From IMG/VR virus record IMGVR_UViG_2703718859_000017: 32,854 nucleotides of DNA. One strand, written 5' to 3'. Of this stretch, positions 27,229 to 32,854 are shown piece by piece (position 1 is the stretch's first letter; each line of letters starts with the position of its first letter). The notes below the pieces were generated by a model. That model did no database searches and was not told the DNA's origin. It saw only the letters and a list, made by a program, of their open reading frames with translations. Both the position numbers and the translations under genes were made by a program. Origin of the DNA: a virus (taxonomy: Duplodnaviria; Heunggongvirae; Uroviricota; Caudoviricetes).

Positions 27229-27641
27229 GCGTCGCACTCCCCGGCAGTCGCCGCCTGAAACGCCGCGCGGTACAGCACGAGAAGGCGCTGGTATTCACCG
27301 ATAAAGTCTTCTGCGGTGTATATGCCTTTCACGGCCACGCTGTGCGTTGTCATTTCCAGCACAAGCGCCATCTCTGACGACGACCAGTTGATGGCGGTGC
27401 TGTCGGTTCCGTTGATGTGAAATAAACCAAAACCATCACCATCACCTTTCACGTCCACGCGGTAACGGTCGTCAACGGTGAAGGAGAAATCCCCGTATGT
27501 GGTGACGCGTCTGGTGGCCTGTTTACAGGCGCGGCGGTAATAGTCGTGCCAGTCGTTCAGGCGGGAAGCCAGCCGGGGATCCACTGCCCACATCCAGTTA
27601 AAAAAGTCCTGAATATCTGAAAGTCCCTTAACGCTCTTCAT
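27225..27641 (-). CDS. Hypothetical protein (138 aa) coupled to the start of A
   Basis: ORF track. Stop overlaps the A start codon. No recognisable motif. Confidence 0.45.
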   Translation of the reverse strand: MKSVKGLSDIQDFFNWMWAVDPRLASRLNDWHDYYRRACKQATRRVTTYGDFSFTVDDRYRVDVKGDGDGFGLFHINGTDSTAINWSSSEMALVLEMTTHSVAVKGIYTAEDFIGEYQRLLVLYRAAFQAATAGECDA

Positions 27642-27709
27642 GAGAACCTCCGGTAACAGACGTGCGGAAGCCTCCCGCGCACGGGTGCGGGATGGCTTCA
27701 GGATGTTGT

Positions 27710-27937
27710 TTAGTGGTGGTGTTGCTGGTTGATAAGGTCCTGCAGTTCTGCCAGGTCATCCGCCAGGTAGCTGAAGACGGCGGCGTAATACCCGGCAGCG
27801 ATACCATCGTTAAGTCGGTGTAATGCGTTTGACTGCATGATGAAGGTGACAGATGCAGCCCGATGGAGTCTGCGGTTGATTTCAGTGCGGATGTGAAGAC
27901 GCTCAGCGCGGGCGCGCTGTTGTTTGCGGTTTGCCAT
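27710..27937 (-). CDS. Small basic hypothetical protein (75 aa)
   Basis: ORF track. ATG 27937 with AAGAGG SD. The SD overlaps the 3' arm of a 9-bp perfect stem in the upstream structured element. Confidence 0.45.
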   Translation of the reverse strand: MANRKQQRARAERLHIRTEINRRLHRAASVTFIMQSNALHRLNDGIAAGYYAAVFSYLADDLAELQDLINQQHHH

Positions 27938-28257
27938 GGTGTTTGGCCTCTTGTAGTAAGTTCTGAAAACTCACCAACCCGAGGTTCCAAGCTCAGGGTG
28001 GCGAGACGTACAGGGTTGGAACTACCGGCTACAAGAGATCCCGGCCCGACCGAAGTCGGCCCCGTACGCCCCGCCATAATTCTGACGCGAAAAAGACGTG
28101 GCGATACAGTACGCACAAAAAAACCGCTGGCGCGGTTGTGCGCTCTTGTAGTCGGCGGGGTTCCAATCCCGGCACCCGTTTTATGAGGTGCGGGAAAACT
28201 GTAACCCGACCAGGCGAACGCTGGCAAGCGGTTTTTTTGTGTGTGCATGATGATCAC
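27938..28257. other. Structured GC-rich intergenic element with nested inverted and direct repeats (CTCTTGTAG at 27948-27956 and 28143-28151, reverse complement at 28029-28037; GGTTCCAA at 27983-27990 and 28159-28166, reverse complement at 28016-28022); candidate cis-regulatory RNA or ncRNA
   Basis: Read directly from the sequence. The only track ORF here (27628..28257, 209 aa) is low-complexity and judged spurious. Confidence 0.4.
28117..28137 (-). terminator. Intrinsic terminator on the minus strand inside the structured element (stem AACCGC/GCGGTT, loop GCCA, then U-run)
   Basis: Minus strand reads aaccgcgccagcggtt followed by ttttt, about 120 nt downstream of the ORF183 stop. Confidence 0.45.
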
Positions 28258-28809
28258 TCAGTCCGGTAACAGTTCAGAGAGCACGGCGTCAGCCGCGGTG
28301 CGGCGGTGGTAGAGATGCCGTACTGTGCTAATGGTGAGTTTCATCTGCTGCGTACTGTTGATGTGCTCTGCTATCATGACGAATGTCATGTGCTGTTCAT
28401 CACGTAGTTCTGTCACCAGTTCCACCAGGCGATCGCTGTGTCTGGCGTTGGGGTGTAGCTCCCCGCATTTTTGTAGACTAAAACCGCGCTTATTCAGGTG
28501 TGCTTTTACTGTGCGATCGGTACATCCCAGCCCGTTCGCCAGTTCCTTCGCTGTTCTGGTGTGGCGGTTTTTGATGAGAATGGTGATTTCTTTTCTGCTC
28601 AGCACCTTTCTCTTGCGGCCAATCAATCCACGATTACGTAAAACATGAATTCTGTTCATAACTGCGCTACTGGTTCGTTGAATTCGTTCAGCCATCTGAT
28701 GTGTGTTGTGTTCCTGATAAAGCGAGATGAGTAACTGATCTTCCTGCTGTGTCCACGCCTTCACATGTGCCGGGGCTTTGCCCGGTATTCCCATTGGTGT
28801 AAGTCTCAT
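28258..28809 (-). CDS. Putative DNA-binding protein with three helix-turn-helix-like repeats (183 aa)
   Basis: ORF track. Three similar segments containing ...RTVKAHL..., ...SAVMNRIHVL..., ...STVRHLY... typical of HTH recognition helices. Function unknown. Confidence 0.4.
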   Translation of the reverse strand: MRLTPMGIPGKAPAHVKAWTQQEDQLLISLYQEHNTHQMAERIQRTSSAVMNRIHVLRNRGLIGRKRKVLSRKEITILIKNRHTRTAKELANGLGCTDRTVKAHLNKRGFSLQKCGELHPNARHSDRLVELVTELRDEQHMTFVMIAEHINSTQQMKLTISTVRHLYHRRTAADAVLSELLPD

Positions 28810-28835
28810 CGCGATAACCTCCGTTACTGTTTCGG

Positions 28836-29087
28836 TTATTCGGTCGGGTTCAGGGTATAATCAATGGCGTTTTCAATACGGCGTTTAAGGTCCCGGTGGA
28901 TCTCACCTGGTGTTACTGGTGCGCCAGGACCGCTCAGCGTTGCCGTGAAGTCGTCGATTTCCTCCAGTAACAGATTGCGGAGTGCGGCGATGTGGTGGCG
29001 TGCGTCTTTACCGGGTTTACGTGCGTTGGTGGTGTACTTGCTGATCATGGCCGCAGCTCTCCGTGGGCTTGTGTTTCTGATTTCCAT
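28836..29087 (-). CDS. Hypothetical early-region protein (83 aa)
   Basis: ORF track; co-oriented with the early operon. Confidence 0.35.
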   Translation of the reverse strand: MEIRNTSPRRAAAMISKYTTNARKPGKDARHHIAALRNLLLEEIDDFTATLSGPGAPVTPGEIHRDLKRRIENAIDYTLNPTE

Positions 29088-29296
29088 GCCCCTCTGATGG
29101 CCGTTACTTCGCGAACGGTACTGGCAATCGCGGTGATTTGTGTGCCGTCAGCCAGATGGATGTAGAGATAATCAGCATCTGACGGGCACGGCGTGGTCGT
29201 TGTGATTAAATAACTTTCCACCATGAACTCGCGGCCCGCGGCATCGGTGAAATGCGTCAGCAGGGTTCGTCTTGTGGCGGTAAATATGCTGTTCAT
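29045..29296 (-). CDS. Hypothetical early-region protein (about 83 aa from internal ATG)
   Basis: ORF track 29045..29311; the Met at 29296 avoids overlap with the upstream ORF. Confidence 0.3.
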   Translation of the reverse strand: MNSIFTATRRTLLTHFTDAAGREFMVESYLITTTTPCPSDADYLYIHLADGTQITAIASTVREVTAIRGAWKSETQAHGELRP

Positions 29297-29307
29297 CGTT
29301 CTGCCCC

Positions 29308-29586
29308 TCACGCTGAAAACTGGCCGGACTGTGCCCGGAGTTCTGCCAGTTCGCGCTCGAGGCGCAGGTTTTTCATATAGAGTTCACTGATGGTCTGTTT
29401 TGCTGTCACCATTGCCATGCTTTGCATTTGCAGGGCCATGTAAGTAGCAAAATGCTTGTCTTTATCTATTTCTGATATTCTTTCATCCAGTACATTGGTT
29501 ATTTCAGTCAGCGTTTTTTGCGTCAATTCAATATGCGCCGGGTCGGTAAATAGTTTGTTTATTTCTGTAGGTGTATTGGTGCTCAT
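29308..29586 (-). CDS. Hypothetical early-region protein (92 aa), AT-rich
   Basis: ORF track. Coiled-coil-like C-terminus (LRLERELAELRAQ). Confidence 0.35.
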   Translation of the reverse strand: MSTNTPTEINKLFTDPAHIELTQKTLTEITNVLDERISEIDKDKHFATYMALQMQSMAMVTAKQTISELYMKNLRLERELAELRAQSGQFSA

Positions 29587-29665
29587 AGCTGTTTCTCCGT
29601 TTTTGGATTGAGTGAAGCCCTCCGCAGATGCGGATGGTTTTAATGTTTTCTGTCCGGTTGGTTAT

Positions 29666-29791
29666 TTATTTACGGCGTTCTTCGCCAGTAAATAAAGATT
29701 CGATATTTTTCAGCGCTTCGATAATTCGCATAATGCCAATCGCCATAAGCACGGAAATAATCAGAATCACCCATGAAAGAAATACGCTCAT
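29666..29791 (-). CDS. Small membrane peptide (41 aa), translationally coupled to upstream ORF
   Basis: Manual translation MSVFLSWVILIISVLMAIGIMRIIEALKNIESLFTGEERRK. ATG overlaps the stop of ORF 29788..30030 (ATGA). Coordinates anchored to the plus-strand track ORF 29628..29867. Confidence 0.35.
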   Translation of the reverse strand: MSVFLSWVILIISVLMAIGIMRIIEALKNIESLFTGEERRK

Positions 29792-30030
29792 GCTGCATTC
29801 CCAAGTGCGTATGGCTCAATATGTACTCCGCATTCTGCATCACGAACAAGCTCAGACAGCTCATTGAGAGCATCCAGATCGTCAGCGTAAAAAGCTGCGT
29901 CATACAGGCTGCGAATTGCTCTGGTCAGTGAGTCTCTTGCTGCATGTTCTGCGGCAACTCCTGACATACTCAGGCGAAAGTTAAAGCGCTCAAGGGCTTT
30001 ATTGATGAGAACCTTATATTCTTTGTCCAT
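29788..30030 (-). CDS. Hypothetical early-region protein (80 aa)
   Basis: ORF track. Confidence 0.35.
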   Translation of the reverse strand: MDKEYKVLINKALERFNFRLSMSGVAAEHAARDSLTRAIRSLYDAAFYADDLDALNELSELVRDAECGVHIEPYALGNAA

Positions 30031-30050
30031 TGTATTTCCCCGGAAAACAA

Positions 30051-30305
30051 TTAAACAAAATCGCTTAATGATTTACCTGATTCAATCTTCTCTATCGTGT
30101 CTTCAATAGCCATGTATGCGGCGTAATCGCCTGCGAGGTCGGCGCATTTCTGTAGCCCCTGTAATGCGCTGATGATATCTTCTTTTGCTTCCCATAAAGG
30201 TTTTGCTGTATTTAGTGCATTACGGGCATTATTAGCTATGAGCCGGTGTATGATAATTGTGTAGGCTGATGCTATCTCTGCCATGTCTTTTGTCGTTGTT
30301 GCCAT
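30051..30305 (-). CDS. Hypothetical early-region protein (84 aa)
   Basis: ORF track. Confidence 0.35.
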   Translation of the reverse strand: MATTTKDMAEIASAYTIIIHRLIANNARNALNTAKPLWEAKEDIISALQGLQKCADLAGDYAAYMAIEDTIEKIESGKSLSDFV

Positions 30306-30308
30306 GTA

Positions 30309-30644
30309 TTAATTCCCCCATGGATGCTGAAAACTGCGACCGCTGATTAACCGGTCTGCCGTTCTTAATGCTTCGTGCAGGGTGAAATCCTGCCCGAACT
30401 GCTCATCTCCGCGAGTCAGGGAGTAACAGGTATTTCCGGTAATCGGGTTGCGTGCGCCTCTGTGTATGACAATTCCGGCATCATTAATCAGCCAGGTGTG
30501 TTTACCGGTTTGTTTAACCAGATGCCCGTCAGGTGTGGCGTGCGTTTCCTGCAGGCTGTAGTGCGAGTTGCTGCGTGATGCGCTGGTTGAGAAACGGTTA
30601 GCGTGGCGTTCTGTGCCGCTGCGGAAGTTGCGTCGCTGTGTCAT
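30309..30644 (-). CDS. Hypothetical early-region protein (111 aa)
   Basis: ORF track; in the position of 186/P2 early accessory genes. Confidence 0.35.
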   Translation of the reverse strand: MTQRRNFRSGTERHANRFSTSASRSNSHYSLQETHATPDGHLVKQTGKHTWLINDAGIVIHRGARNPITGNTCYSLTRGDEQFGQDFTLHEALRTADRLISGRSFQHPWGN

Positions 30645-30696
30645 ATCGGAAAAACCCGCTTAAGTTAAAAGAATTGAAATAACGGTGTATTGGCAT

Positions 30697-30927
30697 TTAT
30701 GCCCAGTTGTCTTTTCTTATTACTGTTTCATTCTGAAATCCTGTCTGCTCCATTGCATTTTTTAAGGACTCTTCTGTTTCAAATGTCACAACGATGCAAT
30801 GGGTCGGGTAATGGAAATACAAATCGTTGCCAGCCCGAACAATGGCATCTAAGTTCTGATTACAGATTATTACTGAAGCGTCGTCGCTTATTTTTATTCT
30901 TTGTCTGATTTCCGTGTGTTTAATCAT
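30697..30927 (-). CDS. Hypothetical early-region protein (76 aa), AT-rich
   Basis: ORF track; first gene downstream of cox. Confidence 0.35.
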   Translation of the reverse strand: MIKHTEIRQRIKISDDASVIICNQNLDAIVRAGNDLYFHYPTHCIVVTFETEESLKNAMEQTGFQNETVIRKDNWA

Positions 30928-30957
30928 CTTGCCCCTCCAATGATTGCCAGTTCTATA

Positions 30958-31383
30958 TCACGCAGCTTTTTTACTGATGCGTTTATTCCGTGAACCAGCT
31001 GCTGGCTTAAATAAAAAAAGTCGGTTTTCCCATTCGTGCCATTCTTGCGGTGCGTTTTCAGTGAGTCGATCGCAGGCTTCATCCCACGCTTTCCGGTTGA
31101 TGTAGAGTTCGGCGTTTCCGCCAGGCTTGAGAGGGTCCGCCATGTACACAGCGGGTAATTTCCCTGCTTTTGCCATGCTCACGATGGCGTCAACGGTCTT
31201 GCCGATATACATCGCAAACCCTTCTTTTGACAGGAGATGAGAAGGGTTTTGTGAAAGCCGGATTTCCTGGCGTTCAGGGGCTTTGCGGCCGGTCTTCAGG
31301 TGTTCTGCTTCCGATATCTCTGACTGGTGATCGCATCGTGTGCCACAAAGTGACTCCGGCGCGTTTTGAGTGCTTTCTTGCAT
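30958..31383 (-). CDS. cox: Cox-like excisionase/early repressor (C-terminal 84 aa is Cox-like; N-terminal extension uncertain)
   Basis: ORF track 30958..31422 begins GTG. ATG at 31383 has a strong GGAGGA SD; alternative ATG at 31212 has a GAAGGG SD. The segment MYIGKTVDAIVSMAKAGKLPAV aligns with remembered P2 Cox (FAKLIGKSTGAVRRMIDKGKLPV). Confidence 0.6.
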   Translation of the reverse strand: MQESTQNAPESLCGTRCDHQSEISEAEHLKTGRKAPERQEIRLSQNPSHLLSKEGFAMYIGKTVDAIVSMAKAGKLPAVYMADPLKPGGNAELYINRKAWDEACDRLTENAPQEWHEWENRLFLFKPAAGSRNKRISKKAA

Positions 31384-31498
31384 CTGATATCCTCCGCCAT
31401 TGGTGCTTTTTCTAATTGGCACTATTTGGAACCACTTAGAACATTTTGTTTGCTGTTCATATGTGGTGTTAATCTACACATATGTAGGAGTTTGTCAA
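31384..31498. promoter_or_regulatory. Lysis-lysogeny switch region between divergent cox and C starts (expected Pe/Pc promoters and C operators)
   Basis: 115-bp AT-rich gap between the divergent cox and C start codons. Repeated CATATGT-like elements visible. By analogy to P2; promoters not mapped. Confidence 0.45.
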
Positions 31499-31792
31499 AT
31501 GGATATTCCTCAAAAAATTCGCGTCATGCGTAAATCTGAAGATCTCACTCAGCGGGAATTCGCTGATATGATTGGAATTTCTTATTCTGCTCTGACCAGT
31601 TATGAGTATGGTCGTAACCTTCCTGGCCTTGAGATCACCATCAAGCTTTTCAAGCATCCTAGATTTTCTAAATACCGTGACTGGTTTTTGTTCGATGAGG
31701 TCGAACCAAAGGCCGGGCAGGTGGTACCGGCTCTCGCACACATTGGGCAAAGCGAAGCGGAATCATCCCACTCCGGCAAGAAGACTGGTTAA
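31499..31792 (+). CDS. C: Immunity repressor C (P2 C-like)
   Basis: 97 aa from ATG 31499 with GGAG SD. Segments RVMRKSEDLTQREFADMIGISYSALTSYEYGR and VPALAHIGQSEAESSHSGKKTG match the remembered P2 C protein closely. Confidence 0.8.
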   Translation: MDIPQKIRVMRKSEDLTQREFADMIGISYSALTSYEYGRNLPGLEITIKLFKHPRFSKYRDWFLFDEVEPKAGQVVPALAHIGQSEAESSHSGKKTG

Positions 31793-31858
31793 CGGTCCAT
31801 CTGGCCTTTATTTCTCAAAATTGTGATCAAGATGATGTTTTCATTGGGGGGCTTCCTT

Positions 31859-32854
31859 ATGTCGATTAAGAAGCTCGCTGATGGCAAATACTGTGTGGAC
31901 GTGCGGCCTGCTGGATCTGAAGGAAGAAGATTTCGGCGGCGATTTCCTACCCGTGGTGAAGCGGCGATGTATGAACGCCATGTTCTGACTCATTATCACG
32001 ATAAGGACTGGGTCGAAAAACCTATTGAACGTAAAGCGTTAAGCGATCTTCTGGAACTGTGGTGGGTGTACCACGGTAAGAATCATCGTTATGGCGCGAT
32101 GAATCGGGTCAGAATTGAAGCGGTTCTTCGTGATATGCAAGAGCTTGGTATTAACAGAAGTGACCACTTAACCCGAAAAAATATTATCAGATATCGCCTT
32201 GAATTAATGAATCGCGGAATTAAGCAGTCAACGGTAAATCGTTATTGTGCAATGATGAGCGGTTTCTTTGAAAAGCTGATTGATGTTGAAGAGTTTGTGG
32301 GTGATAACCCGTTTCACGAGATACGCAAGCTAACAATTAATCAGCCGGAAATGGCTTATCTTGCACATGATGATATTCCCAGGCTAACCGCACTTTTATC
32401 TGGCGATAATCTTAAGGCTGTATTGTTAAGCCTGGCTACAGGCGGGCGCTGGGGTGAAGTTGCCAATATTAAAGGTGAACACATAATTGGTGGGAAGGTT
32501 ATTTTCATGGAGACAAAGAATGGATCGCGGCGGGTTATTCCTATAGCTAAAGATCTTGAATCTCTGATTAAAGTCAAAGCGACGGGAAGATTAATGAACC
32601 CCAGTTATGCGATAGTCAGAAGTGCAATAAGGACTGTGCGGCCTGATTTACCAGTCGGTCAGTCTGTGCATGTTTTACGGCACACATTCGCAACTCATTT
32701 CATGATAAATGGAGGGAACATTATTACCCTTCAGCGTATTTTAGGGCACAGCACAATTCAGCAGACAATGACCTATGCGCACTTTGCACCTGATTATCTC
32801 CAGGACGCGGTAAGGTTCAATCCGGTTGCGGAGTTGTCCAGATTTTGCCCATAA
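31859..32854 (+). CDS. int: Tyrosine integrase (P2 Int-like)
   Basis: 331 aa from ATG 31859 (MSIKKLADGKYCVDVRP...). C-terminal HVLRHTFATHFMINGGNIITLQRILGHSTIQQTMTYAHFAPDYLQDA carries the R/H-x-x-R/Y catalytic box and matches remembered P2 Int. Stop is the last codon of the window. Confidence 0.9.
   Translation: MSIKKLADGKYCVDVRPAGSEGRRFRRRFPTRGEAAMYERHVLTHYHDKDWVEKPIERKALSDLLELWWVYHGKNHRYGAMNRVRIEAVLRDMQELGINRSDHLTRKNIIRYRLELMNRGIKQSTVNRYCAMMSGFFEKLIDVEEFVGDNPFHEIRKLTINQPEMAYLAHDDIPRLTALLSGDNLKAVLLSLATGGRWGEVANIKGEHIIGGKVIFMETKNGSRRVIPIAKDLESLIKVKATGRLMNPSYAIVRSAIRTVRPDLPVGQSVHVLRHTFATHFMINGGNIITLQRILGHSTIQQTMTYAHFAPDYLQDAVRFNPVAELSRFCP

Larger units (their letters stand above)
1499..32854. 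mobile_element. P2-like (peduovirus-type) prophage, integrase-proximal end at the window edge; the far boundary lies somewhere in 420-1537
   Basis: Contiguous P2-like head module, tail/baseplate genes, lysis genes, Ogr, Rep A, cox/C/int. attL lies outside the window; attR not identified. Confidence 0.9.

Noticed and set aside
27980-28180. tRNA-like T-loop motifs (GGTTCCAAGC, GGGGTTCCAATCCCGG)
   Set aside because: No acceptable T-stem pairing (4 of 5 at best), no acceptor stem partner, no CCA context and no cloverleaf could be built by eye.
27628-28257. ORF-track 209-aa ORF on the minus strand spanning the structured intergenic region
   Set aside because: Low-complexity translation (Pro/Ser/Thr/Gly-rich), no plausible start context, and it runs through perfect hairpins and an intrinsic terminator. 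Judged non-coding.
27938-28257. Retron msr/msd or CRISPR-like repeat array
   Set aside because: No reverse transcriptase or cas gene is adjacent. The repeats are three copies of two short motifs, not a regular repeat-spacer array.

Overview
Almost the whole window (about 1.5 kb to the right edge at 32854) is one P2-like temperate myovirus prophage, read in reverse relative to the usual P2 map. Protein identities come from motifs visible in the ORF-track translations and from remembered P2-family proteins; no database search was run. From left to right: an AT-rich flank with a partial CDS and repeat-rich non-coding DNA (1-1537); a minus-strand tail/baseplate/lysis/head block (1538-19901) with scaffold O, capsid N, small terminase M and head completion L; plus-strand large terminase P, portal Q and an Ogr-family zinc-finger activator (20047-23223); an accessory cassette (23286-24712); the rolling-circle replication gene A; an early region of small ORFs; and cox / C repressor / integrase, with the window ending on the integrase stop codon. 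The tail block is rearranged relative to P2, with a lysis cassette carrying an orphan DNA methyltransferase sitting between the tube gene and the E/E' chaperone frameshift. The two strongest candidates for something undescribed are the accessory cassette between A and ogr/Q, and a 320-bp structured, repeat-bearing intergenic element (27938-28257) upstream of the ORF75-ORF138-A unit. Hand-derived coordinates are anchored to the ORF track but may be off by a base or two.
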